In this document: positions 27,864 through 36,712 of the stretch, piece after piece | Layout of the letters: each line of letters begins with the position of its first letter | Position numbering within the stretch: the first letter of the stretch is position 1 | Origin: Clostridiales bacterium | GTDB lineage: Bacteria > Bacillota > Clostridia > Saccharofermentanales > Saccharofermentanaceae | DNA length: 64,000 nucleotides | Reading direction: 5' to 3' | Assembly (NCBI GenBank): GCA_017561715.1 | Contig: JAFZBN010000011.1 | Location: forward strand, 18,294 to 82,293 | Translations under genes and position numbers: made by a program | Notes under the pieces: generated by a model | Database searches by the model: none | What the model saw: only the letters and a program-made list of their open reading frames with translations | What the model was told of the DNA's origin: nothing

Positions 27864-30650
27864 ATGTCTTTTGGATCAATACTATATCAGCTTTTCCTGT
27901 CGCCGCTGACCCTTATTTTCGAAGCGGTGTACAGTATTGCATTTCATTTTTTAAGGAGTTCGGGAGCCGCGATCATTCCGTTGAGCCTGGTCGTCAACCT
28001 CCTGCTTCTCCCCTTTTATAACCGCGCAGATGCGATCCAGGAAGAAGAAAGAAAGCGTCAGGAAAAAATGGCGCCGTTTGTCGAGCACATCAAGAAAACA
28101 TTTAAGGGTGACGAGCGTTTCATGATGCTGCAGACCTTCTACCGAGAGAATAATTACAAGCCGATCTATTCCGTTCGAAGCTCGATCGCTCTTGTTCTCG
28201 AGGTCCCTTTCTTTATCGCCGCTTACAACTTCCTGTCTAAGCTTCCGGACCTTCAGGGCGCGAAATACCTTTGTTTCAACGATCTTTCGAAGCCGGATGC
28301 ACTGATCACCATCGGCGGCGTTGCCATCAATGTCCTTCCGGTCCTCATGACGCTTATCAATGTCATTTCCAGTGAGATCTACACCAAGGGATTGAAGTTC
28401 AAAGATAAGATCACCCTTCACGGTATGGCCCTGATCTTCCTGGTGCTCCTTTACAATTCTCCGTCCGGTCTTGTTTTGTACTGGACATTAAACAATGTAT
28501 TCTCACTTCTGAAAAATGTCGTTAACGGCAGCAAGAACAAGCGCCGCACCGCAGGCATCCTCTTTGCCGCCGCAGGCCTTGCCGTTATTGTTTACGGATT
28601 CTTCTTCTATCACGGGATCCGGTCCTACCGTCTCGGCGTAATTGCTTTCGGCGTTCTTCTTCTGATCCCGATGGTGGTGGCCCTGATCCCTGCCCCCAAG
28701 GCAAACGCACTTACCTCCGAAACCGCGGAGAAAAAACCGGACCATCGTCTGTTCTTCGGCGCGGGTCTTTTCCTGACGCTTCTCATCGGCGGCCTTATTC
28801 CGTCCGCGGTCATTAAGTCTTCGGTCACCGAATTCGTTCTGACCTCTAACGTGCATTCTCCGAACCGCTACGTCATCTACTCGCTCCTTACCGCGGCAGG
28901 TTTCTTCCTCGTATGGAGCGGTCTTTTCTACTATCTTGCCAAGCCGAAGGCAAAACGCATCTTTACGGGCGTTCTTTGGTTCTGCGCGATCACCGGTACC
29001 GCAAACTACATGGTATTCGGTCAGAACAGTAACTCGCTGACGACAGACCTCCGCTTCGACGTCGCCCTCGATCTCGCGACGAATAAGCAGGTCCTCGATC
29101 TTCTCATGATCGCCGTTCTCGGCGTGATCCTGTTCGTGATCTTCAAGAAAAAGGACTCCATCATCCGCTTCATCTCCCCGATCCTTCTGATCGCGGTCGG
29201 CGCGATGACGGCCTTCAATATGTATTCCATTCAGGACGCGATGCCGAACATCCGCCGTGTTATTGCCGACAGCGCGAACGCTGAGCGTCCGGTCATGACT
29301 TTTAGTAAAGACGGAGAAAATGTTGTCGTCTTCATGATCGACCGTGCGGTCGCCTCTTATGTGCCGTATCTGTTCCAGGAAAACCCGACGCTCGAACAGC
29401 AGTTTTCCGGTTTTACCTGGTATCCGAACACGCTTTCCTTCGGTACGAGAACTCTTGTCGGCGCACCGGCGCTTTTCGGCGGGTATGAGTACATGCCGTC
29501 GGAATCCAATAAAAGAGACGACGTCTCCCTGAAGGACAAGCACAACGAATCCCTGAAGATCATGCCGATCCTCTTCTCTGAAGCTGGATACGACGTCACC
29601 GTCATGGACCCGCCGTACGCAGGATACAGCCTGATCCCGGACCTTTCGATCTATGACGATCACCCGGAGATCAAGACGTACAACACCGAGTTCGGTCAAT
29701 TCCGCGAAGCATCGGATATCGCCGATAACATGCAGACGATCTGGAAGAGAAACTTCTTCTGCTACAGCCTCATGAAGGTCTTCCCGCTCGTTGCCCAGCC
29801 TGCCGTTTACTCGACCGGTATCTACTTCCGACCGGGTACATCCAGTACGGCTTTGATCCAGGGCGGCGCGATCGACCGTTACGACGTTCCGGATGCACTT
29901 TACGACACGTTCATGAACTCCTATGAAGTACTGTGCGCGCTTCCGTCCATCACAAAGAGTGAAGAAAACGGCAAGAACACTTTCTTCATGATGCAGAACA
30001 GTGCGACACATAACATCATCCCGCTTCAGGAGCCGGACTATACGCCGGTAAGAGTCGTTGAGAACGGCGAGTACGACAGAACACACACCGACCGTTTCAC
30101 CTATAACGGCGTCACGATGCACATGGATACGACCTATCAGATGGCACACTACGAAAGTGACATGGCCGTTTTCATGCAGATCGGTAACTGGATGGATGAG
30201 CTTCGTGCGCAGGGTGTTTACGATAACACCAGGATCATCATCGTATCTGACCACGCTTGGGGCCTCGGAAGTTTCGACGATCTTCTCTTCGGCGACGGCG
30301 ACCCGGATACGCTTTACAACTCCGAAGACGCCATGGGATATAACCCGGTGCTTTTCTATAAGGACTTTAACTCCACGGGTGATTTCAACGTAGACTACAC
30401 CTTCATGACGAATGCCGACACGCCGACACTTGCCATGCAGGGACTGATCGATAATCCGCTCAATCCGTATACAGGAAATCCGATCTTCCAGCCGGAAGCC
30501 AAGGACGGCATCATGTACGTTCTCTACACGGACAACTGGTCTGCGGAATCCAATACAGGAAATACTTTCACCAACTCGATCTGGTATACCGTCTCCAACA
30601 AGGACGTGCTGGACAAGAATAACTGGAAGAAAGAGGAGAATGAACCATGA
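27864..30650 (+). CDS. Fusion protein: YidC/Oxa1-like membrane domain, polytopic linker, and an extracytoplasmic sulfatase/LtaS-like (alkaline-phosphatase superfamily) domain (928 aa)
   Basis: Residues 1 to about 220 (AAIIPLSLVVNLLLLPFYNRADAIQEEERKRQEKMAPFVEHIKKTF...NNYKPIYSVRSSIALVLEVPFFIAAYNFL...SGLVLYWTLNNVFSLLKN) follow the YidC 60-kDa insertase pattern. About six more TM segments follow. Then NVVVFMIDRAVASYVPYLF...FGTRTLVGAPALFGGYEY...RIIIVSDHAWGL resembles LtaS/EptA-type sulfatase domains. The 241 upstream codons of the track ORF are antisense to GH95 and were discarded. Confidence 0.65.
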   Translation: MSFGSILYQLFLSPLTLIFEAVYSIAFHFLRSSGAAIIPLSLVVNLLLLPFYNRADAIQEEERKRQEKMAPFVEHIKKTFKGDERFMMLQTFYRENNYKPIYSVRSSIALVLEVPFFIAAYNFLSKLPDLQGAKYLCFNDLSKPDALITIGGVAINVLPVLMTLINVISSEIYTKGLKFKDKITLHGMALIFLVLLYNSPSGLVLYWTLNNVFSLLKNVVNGSKNKRRTAGILFAAAGLAVIVYGFFFYHGIRSYRLGVIAFGVLLLIPMVVALIPAPKANALTSETAEKKPDHRLFFGAGLFLTLLIGGLIPSAVIKSSVTEFVLTSNVHSPNRYVIYSLLTAAGFFLVWSGLFYYLAKPKAKRIFTGVLWFCAITGTANYMVFGQNSNSLTTDLRFDVALDLATNKQVLDLLMIAVLGVILFVIFKKKDSIIRFISPILLIAVGAMTAFNMYSIQDAMPNIRRVIADSANAERPVMTFSKDGENVVVFMIDRAVASYVPYLFQENPTLEQQFSGFTWYPNTLSFGTRTLVGAPALFGGYEYMPSESNKRDDVSLKDKHNESLKIMPILFSEAGYDVTVMDPPYAGYSLIPDLSIYDDHPEIKTYNTEFGQFREASDIADNMQTIWKRNFFCYSLMKVFPLVAQPAVYSTGIYFRPGTSSTALIQGGAIDRYDVPDALYDTFMNSYEVLCALPSITKSEENGKNTFFMMQNSATHNIIPLQEPDYTPVRVVENGEYDRTHTDRFTYNGVTMHMDTTYQMAHYESDMAVFMQIGNWMDELRAQGVYDNTRIIIVSDHAWGLGSFDDLLFGDGDPDTLYNSEDAMGYNPVLFYKDFNSTGDFNVDYTFMTNADTPTLAMQGLIDNPLNPYTGNPIFQPEAKDGIMYVLYTDNWSAESNTGNTFTNSIWYTVSNKDVLDKNNWKKEENEP

Positions 30651-32005
30651 CTTACTTTAGACTTTACATTGACCCGGGCACGGGTTCCATGCTCTTTGCC
30701 ATCCTCATCGGTCTTTTGGGCGTCGCGAGATTTGCTTTTAAAGGTCTGTGGGTAAAGATCCGCTTTCTCTTCAGCGGCGGTAAAGCCAAGGATAATTCCG
30801 ATCAATCTATCCCGCTCGCCGTTTTTTCCGACGACAAGCGTTACTGGTCGGTCTTTGAGCCGATCTTAAAAGAACTCGACAATCGCGGCGTTGACTGCGT
30901 GTACATGACCGCTTCCGAAGACGATCCGGGATTAAAAGCCGAGATGGAACACGTCAAGGCCGAGTGCATCGGTCCGGGCAACAAGGCTTTCGCCAAGCTC
31001 AACTTCCTTAAGGCCAACATGCTCCTTTCGACGACTCCGGGCGTTGACGTTTACCAGTGGAAGCGCAGCAAGGATGTTAAGTATTACATCCACATCCCAC
31101 ACTCTCCTGCCGAGATGACGACTTACAGAATGTTCGGTATCGACTACTATGACGCGATCCTCTGCTCCGGTCAGTTCCAGATCGACGATACCCGCGATCT
31201 CGAAAAGACCCGTAATCTTAAGGAAAAAGAACTTGTCCTGACAGGATCTCCGTTCATGGATGAAAAAGCCGCAAAATTTGCGGCCAGAAAGGCCGAAGCC
31301 GAGGCTTCTTCCGAAAAGGACACTTCGACACGTACCGTGCTCCTCGCTCCTTCCTGGGGCCCGAGCGCGATCCTTTCCCGTTTCGGCGCAGATTTCATCC
31401 GCGATCTTTTAAAGACCGGATATCACATCATCGTCAGACCTCACCCGCAGTCCTTTACTTCGGAAAAAGATCTGATGGACAAACTTATGGCGGAATTCCC
31501 GGACAGCGAACAGCTCGAGTGGAACAGAGATACGGATAACTTCGACGCATTGAACCGTTCGGACATCCTGATCTCCGACTTCTCCGGTGTTATCTTCGAC
31601 TTCTCTCTTGTATTCGATAAGCCCGTTATCTGCGCGGATACGAAGTTCGATGATTCTCCGTATGACGCATGGTGGCTCAAGAGACTTCCGTGGGGCTTAA
31701 GCGTTATCCCGCGTCTCGGTGCCAAGCTCACCGAAGAAAACAGATCCGACTTAAAGAAGATGATCGATGACTGCCTCGAGGATGAATCCTTTACGGAGAG
31801 CCGTCACCAGGTCAGAGACGAAGCATGGGCATTCCAGGGCGAAGGCACCAAGCGTGTCTGCGACTATCTCGTAAATAAGTACGAGGAACTCAATAAGAAA
31901 GAACCTGAGGAAGAAGAAACGGATAAGAAGGAATCCGGAAAGAAGAAAAAGGATAAAAAGTCTTCAGACAAAAAGGAATCCGAAAAAGAAGAGTCAGAAA
32001 AATAA
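30647..32005 (+). CDS. CDP-glycerol glycerophosphotransferase family protein (TagB/TagF-like) with an N-terminal TM segment and a Lys/Glu-rich tail
   Basis: VLLAPSWGPS (compare YAPTWR), IVRPHPQS and DILISDFSGVIFDFSLVFDKPVI are Glyphos_transf signatures. Its ATG overlaps the upstream stop as ATGA at 30647..30650. Confidence 0.8.
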   Translation: MTYFRLYIDPGTGSMLFAILIGLLGVARFAFKGLWVKIRFLFSGGKAKDNSDQSIPLAVFSDDKRYWSVFEPILKELDNRGVDCVYMTASEDDPGLKAEMEHVKAECIGPGNKAFAKLNFLKANMLLSTTPGVDVYQWKRSKDVKYYIHIPHSPAEMTTYRMFGIDYYDAILCSGQFQIDDTRDLEKTRNLKEKELVLTGSPFMDEKAAKFAARKAEAEASSEKDTSTRTVLLAPSWGPSAILSRFGADFIRDLLKTGYHIIVRPHPQSFTSEKDLMDKLMAEFPDSEQLEWNRDTDNFDALNRSDILISDFSGVIFDFSLVFDKPVICADTKFDDSPYDAWWLKRLPWGLSVIPRLGAKLTEENRSDLKKMIDDCLEDESFTESRHQVRDEAWAFQGEGTKRVCDYLVNKYEELNKKEPEEEETDKKESGKKKKDKKSSDKKESEKEESEK

Positions 32006-32021
32006 GTTCAGCAGTCAAAAG

Positions 32022-32060
32022 AAAAGGGCGGAAAGTAAATCACTTCCCGCCCTTTTTGTT
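32022..32060. terminator. Bidirectional terminator between the convergent TagF-like and phosphonopyruvate decarboxylase genes
   Basis: Stem GGGCGGAAAGT (32026..32036) pairs with ACTTCCCGCCC (32042..32052) with one mismatch. It is flanked by an A-rich tract upstream (GAAAA) and followed by TTTTTGTTTT. Confidence 0.7.
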
Positions 32061-32076
32061 TTCTTCATTTCTTCTC

Positions 32077-33198
32077 TTACAGATTCGCGATATATTCCAT
32101 GAAGTTCTGCTTGTTCTCAAGCGCCGTTGTCGTCGGACGTCCGAGATCTTCACGTGCGCCGATGGAGCACATGACTTCGATCAGGCAGAGCTCATTTAAT
32201 CCCTTCGCCAGTGACAGTTCACGATCGAGTTCCTCAAAATCGGAAACGCGTACCGCATACGGATATCCGCATGCTTTGGCAACACCAACCAGATCGACAT
32301 CACCCATAACTGTCGGCATTCCGCCTACGGTCTCGTGCGCGCCGTTATTGATCACGATATGAACGAGGTTCTTCGGCTGGTTCGATCCGAGAAGCGCCAT
32401 GGAACCCATGTGCATCAGAACGGCGCCGTCACCGTCTACGCACCAGATCTTCTGGTTCGGTTTGTTGATCGCAACACCCAGCGCGATCGAGGAACTGTGG
32501 CCCATGGAACCGACGGTCAGGAAGTCGTACTTATGACTTTGTCCGTTTGCCACACGCGTCTCGAAAAGCTCACGGGAAGCTTTACCTGTCGTAGAGATGA
32601 TCGGGTCTTCTTCACTGACGGCCACGATGTGCTTGATGATCTCTTCTCTGACCATCTTGTTGTCATTTTCGTAAACGACCTTCTCGTCATAGGACAGCGC
32701 GCCTTTTCTGATAACAAAGGCAACGTCCTTTCCTTTTGCGAGGATCTCTCTGAACTCAGCCATCTTCGCTTCGACTTCTTCGTCGGTCGTCTCTTTTCCG
32801 ATCGCGAAGTTCGCGATATCCATATCGTCTAAAAGCTTGACGGTAACTTCACCCTGATAGATGTGCTGCGGCTCGTCGTGGATACCGGGCTCGCCTCTCC
32901 ATCCGATGATGAATACGGTCGGGATAGCGTATACCTTATCGTTCAAAAGACTTGCGACCGGGTTGATGATGTTGCCCTCGCCGCTATTCTGCATGTATAC
33001 GACCGGCACTTTTCCCGTCGCGAGGTGATATCCTGCCGCCAGAGCCGTGCTGTTACCTTCGTTTGCGGCGATCACATGGTGATGCTCGTCAATGCCGTAT
33101 GTATGCATCAGATAATTGCAAAGTGCTTTCAGCTGGGAATCCGGAACACCGGTATAAAAATCGGAACCGATGATCTCTATGAGTTTTTCTACTTTCAT
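32077..33198 (-). CDS. aepY: Phosphonopyruvate decarboxylase (TPP-dependent)
   Basis: MKVEKLIEIIGSDFYTGVPDSQLKALCNYL is the characteristic Ppd N-terminus. The TPP motif is GDGAVLMHMGSMA...NNGAHETVGG. It is adjacent to the PEP mutase gene. Confidence 0.88.
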   Translation of the reverse strand: MKVEKLIEIIGSDFYTGVPDSQLKALCNYLMHTYGIDEHHHVIAANEGNSTALAAGYHLATGKVPVVYMQNSGEGNIINPVASLLNDKVYAIPTVFIIGWRGEPGIHDEPQHIYQGEVTVKLLDDMDIANFAIGKETTDEEVEAKMAEFREILAKGKDVAFVIRKGALSYDEKVVYENDNKMVREEIIKHIVAVSEEDPIISTTGKASRELFETRVANGQSHKYDFLTVGSMGHSSSIALGVAINKPNQKIWCVDGDGAVLMHMGSMALLGSNQPKNLVHIVINNGAHETVGGMPTVMGDVDLVGVAKACGYPYAVRVSDFEELDRELSLAKGLNELCLIEVMCSIGAREDLGRPTTTALENKQNFMEYIANL

Positions 33199-33210
33199 GG
33201 TCTTCTCCTT

Positions 33211-34506
33211 TTAGATCTCGTCGATCAGTGTAATGATATTCTTGATGGACATCAATCGGTCATCGACTTCTTTTGCTCTGTGATACTTCAGGATATCCTC
33301 CGCGGTCTGCTGCATCGCCGGGAACGCGGATCTCGTGAGCTGGTTGGCGTAGATAACGATGTTGACGCCGTGCTGAGAGAGTTCTTCTTCCGTAATGACG
33401 TTGAAGGATGTCGGAACGACAACGATCGGCGTCTTCGAATCAACGGCACGGAACTTGTCGCAGAACTCTAAGATCTCTGCCGGATCTTTCTTTCTGCTGT
33501 GGATCATGATACCGTCGGCGCCTGCCTTAACGAAGGCAAAAGCACGCTCGAGCGCGTCTTCCATACCTCTTTCAAGGATAAGGCTCTCGATACGGGCGAT
33601 GATCATGAAGTCATCTGTCAGCTGCGCCTTCTTGCCTGCGGAGATCTTCTCGGAGAATTCCTCGATCGTCGCCTGTGTCTGCTTTACTTCAGTACCGAAG
33701 AGAGAGTTCTTCTTAAGGCCTGTCTTATCCTCAATGATGACCGCGGAAACGCCCATTCTCTCAAGGGAACGGACCGTGTATACGAAGTGCTCGGTAAGTC
33801 CGCCCGTATCACCGTCGAAGATGATCGGCTTCGTGGTTACTTCCGTGATATCCTCGATCGTTCTGAAACGGGAGGTCATATCTACGAGCTCAATGTCCGG
33901 CTTACCCTTAGCGGTACTGTCGCAAAGCGAGCTGATCCACATCGCGTCGAACTGGTCGAGCTTACCTTCGTGCTCGACGACGGTCTTTTCAACGATAAGA
34001 CCGGTAAGACCACTATGTGCTTCCATCGCCTTTACGATCGGCGTCATCTCGATCAGCTGGCGAAGTCTCTTTCTTCTGTACTCCGGCATCGCGAGCTTCT
34101 CACGAAGCTGCAGGTCGATCTTTCTGACCTTCTCGTTAAATGTATAAGGAACGTCGACGAGCTGTCCGCCGTATTCGGAAAGGAGTTCTTCCACGTGCGC
34201 TCTGATAGTGCTCTCCGGGCCTTCCTTCCAGTTATCGCCGTGAACGACATAATCCGGATGGATAAGCGCGATGACGTCATCGTACTGCATCTCTTCCTGA
34301 AGAACGACCTGGTCGACGCCGGGGATCGTTCGATAGAGGCGCATGCGCTCGTCCTGCGAGATCGTCGGAAACTTGTTATAGCGGATCAGGACCTTGTCGG
34401 AAAGGCATCCGATGATGACTTTTCCGAGTTTTTTCGCTTCGTTGATGATGTTCAGATGTCCGTCATGGATCACGTCTGTGCAAAAGCAAGTGTAAACTGT
34501 TTTCAT
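33211..34506 (-). CDS. aepX: Phosphoenolpyruvate mutase with an N-terminal TagD-like cytidylyltransferase domain
   Basis: Residues 1 to about 130 have an HxGH motif (FCTDVIHDGHLNIINEAKKLG ... YVVHGDNW) aligning to the glycerol-3-phosphate cytidylyltransferase fold. The rest (RLRQLIE...AMEAHSGLTGLIVE...FDAMWISSLCDSTAKGKPDIE...IIFDGDTGG) is the PEP mutase/isocitrate-lyase-like core. Confidence 0.88.
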   Translation of the reverse strand: MKTVYTCFCTDVIHDGHLNIINEAKKLGKVIIGCLSDKVLIRYNKFPTISQDERMRLYRTIPGVDQVVLQEEMQYDDVIALIHPDYVVHGDNWKEGPESTIRAHVEELLSEYGGQLVDVPYTFNEKVRKIDLQLREKLAMPEYRRKRLRQLIEMTPIVKAMEAHSGLTGLIVEKTVVEHEGKLDQFDAMWISSLCDSTAKGKPDIELVDMTSRFRTIEDITEVTTKPIIFDGDTGGLTEHFVYTVRSLERMGVSAVIIEDKTGLKKNSLFGTEVKQTQATIEEFSEKISAGKKAQLTDDFMIIARIESLILERGMEDALERAFAFVKAGADGIMIHSRKKDPAEILEFCDKFRAVDSKTPIVVVPTSFNVITEEELSQHGVNIVIYANQLTRSAFPAMQQTAEDILKYHRAKEVDDRLMSIKNIITLIDEI

Positions 34507-34551
34507 GATGATTCTCCTTACTTGTTATCTAAAAGCACTGTTCGTGCGGCA

Positions 34552-35682
34552 TTACTTGTACTGTACCGGGACCTTTACGCCGGTCGTTTCCAGAGCTTCA
34601 CGGAATACCTTGAAGAAAGCTTCGATATCCGGCTCATCGATCGCGCCGAGCGCGCAGAGACGGAAAGTATTCGTGGTCGAGATCTTACCGGGATAAATGG
34701 TAAAGCCTCTGTCGTAGCAATAGTCGTGTACTTTCTCGAAGCTGAAGTTCGGATCGTCCGGATAGATCGCGGAAGATACAAGACCCGCTCTCCACTCCGG
34801 CTTAATGACCTGACGGAAGCCGAGCTCATCAAGACCCTTGTTGATGGCATTAAAGACTCTGGTGTGGCGGGCCCACTTCGCTTCTTCGCCTTCTGCCCAG
34901 TACTCCTTAAGCGCCTGAAGTGTCGCGTAGATCGTCTGTACCGGCGGAGTGAAGTGCATCTCACCTGTCTTTTCGAAGCACTCATACTGAAGATACAGAT
35001 TGCAGTAGTAACTTCTCTTCGGATAGGAAGCAGACTTTTCGATGATCGCTCTGTTACCGATGACGAAGGAAAGACCGGTCATCGCCATAAGTCCTTTCTG
35101 CGCGGAAGCCATGCAGAAATCGATGTTGTCCTTTTCGATATCGATCGGACGCATCGCGTAGGTGCTCGTGGTATCAACTGTAAATACCGCGTCGTACTTA
35201 TGTACAAGTGCGCCGATCTCACGGATCGGATTTAAGATGCCCGTACCGGTCTCGTTATGTGTCGTGTGAACGAGCGCGATCTCCGGGTTATTCTTCAGAG
35301 TCTCTTCAACCGCCGCAAGATCCGGACGCTGATCGACCGGGAACTTCAGCTCGATATAAGGAATACCATAACCCTCACAGATCTCAACGGCACGGGAAGA
35401 ATATGCGCCGTTATTGATGACTAAGACCTTCTTCCCATCAGGAAGGAGCGAGTTGATGCATACGTCGATGTTGATCGTTCCGGATCCGCAGAAAAGAACG
35501 GACGTGTATTTCTGAAGATCGCCGTGTACGACTTTGACGAGGTCTTCACGAAGGCCCTTCATGAGTCCCGCGAACTCTTTCTCTCTCGGGCAGATATCCG
35601 GTACGACCTGCGCGTACTTCACGGTATCCGTCGTTGTCGACGGGCCCGGATTTAAAAGGATGTTTCTTTTTACTGGTTCCAT
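34552..35682 (-). CDS. aepZ: 2-aminoethylphosphonate--pyruvate transaminase (class V aminotransferase)
   Basis: NILLNPGPSTTTDTVKYAQVVPDICPREKEF plus the PLP region (SAQKGLMAMTGLSF). It sits between the cytidylyltransferase and PEP mutase genes. Confidence 0.85.
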   Translation of the reverse strand: MEPVKRNILLNPGPSTTTDTVKYAQVVPDICPREKEFAGLMKGLREDLVKVVHGDLQKYTSVLFCGSGTINIDVCINSLLPDGKKVLVINNGAYSSRAVEICEGYGIPYIELKFPVDQRPDLAAVEETLKNNPEIALVHTTHNETGTGILNPIREIGALVHKYDAVFTVDTTSTYAMRPIDIEKDNIDFCMASAQKGLMAMTGLSFVIGNRAIIEKSASYPKRSYYCNLYLQYECFEKTGEMHFTPPVQTIYATLQALKEYWAEGEEAKWARHTRVFNAINKGLDELGFRQVIKPEWRAGLVSSAIYPDDPNFSFEKVHDYCYDRGFTIYPGKISTTNTFRLCALGAIDEPDIEAFFKVFREALETTGVKVPVQYK

Positions 35683-35697
35683 TTTCTTTCTCCTTCT

Positions 35698-36588
35698 TTA
35701 TACATCGTAAGCCGGGTCGATCTCCTTGAGTTCGCGGAAAGTATCGATCTCTACGATATCTTCCTCCTTGCAGGCACGTACCTCGACTTTGTAATTCTTT
35801 TTCTTATAAACGAGCGGGACCTGTTCCCAGTAGCGTTCTTTTCCGCCCGGGCCGGTATAGACCGCAGGAACGTCTTCAACGAGCTTCTTTCCGTCTTCCT
35901 CATTCCAGTAGGAGATACCTACCATCTGCCAGCAGTTCTCACCGCCGACCTTCTCCTCGAGGATCACGCCGTCTTTGACTTCGAAACACCAGTCATCCGT
36001 ACGATCTTTCGGGATCGCGAGGAAATCGGAAGTATAGTGGTACTTCGTGATGATCTTCGGATTGGAAAGCAGAAGGTCTGCCTCAAATACATAAGAATTT
36101 GAAAGCAGGTTTCTCGCAAGCATCGCGGAACTGATGTTATTGGCTTCGTTAAACATCGGATTATCCAGGAAATGGAGCATCGGATACTTATAAAGAAGCT
36201 GATCGAACTGCTCACCGAGATAGCCTCTTACGATATAGATCTCTTCGATGCCGGCATCCAGGCAGGCGTCCAAAAGCGTGTCGATGATGCGCTTGCCGTG
36301 AACACGTACCAGGGGCTTCGGGGTATTTAACGTGATCGGTACCATTCTCGATCCGAAACCCGCCGCGATGAACACTGCGCGTTTCGCGCGATAAGGCTCT
36401 AATGCCTCAAGGCCTTTCGCCGTGATCCTGCCGGATTCGACCAGTCCGTCGGTGTCGAGTTCTCTATAGACTTTATTGATCGTACCCAGAGAATACTCGG
36501 TGATTTTTTCCAGGTCGCGCTGGGAAAGTGCCTCTTCTGAAGAAGCAAGAGCGACCAGGATATCAAAATGTTTTCTTTGCAGACTCAT
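35698..36588 (-). CDS. Winged-helix domain fused to a LicC-family nucleotidyltransferase (candidate phosphonate/phosphocholine cytidylyltransferase)
   Basis: The N-terminal 70 aa are MarR-like (FDILVALASSEEALSQRDLEKITEYSLGTINKVYRELDTDGLVE). AVFIAAGFGSRMVPITLNTPKPLVRVHGKRIIDTLL then matches the LicC/NTP-transferase G-x-G-(S/T)-R motif. It is the first gene of the AEP cluster. Confidence 0.75.
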   Translation of the reverse strand: MSLQRKHFDILVALASSEEALSQRDLEKITEYSLGTINKVYRELDTDGLVESGRITAKGLEALEPYRAKRAVFIAAGFGSRMVPITLNTPKPLVRVHGKRIIDTLLDACLDAGIEEIYIVRGYLGEQFDQLLYKYPMLHFLDNPMFNEANNISSAMLARNLLSNSYVFEADLLLSNPKIITKYHYTSDFLAIPKDRTDDWCFEVKDGVILEEKVGGENCWQMVGISYWNEEDGKKLVEDVPAVYTGPGGKERYWEQVPLVYKKKNYKVEVRACKEEDIVEIDTFRELKEIDPAYDV

Positions 36589-36712
36589 AATCGTTCACCT
36601 GTTCATTTTTAGTTTCAGATTCGAAAGAATTGAACAACTTCAATTATACTCCTCTTGTCAGATAACACAATACTTTCTTCTTTGGATTTTACTATTCTGG
36701 CGCAGCGGGAAA

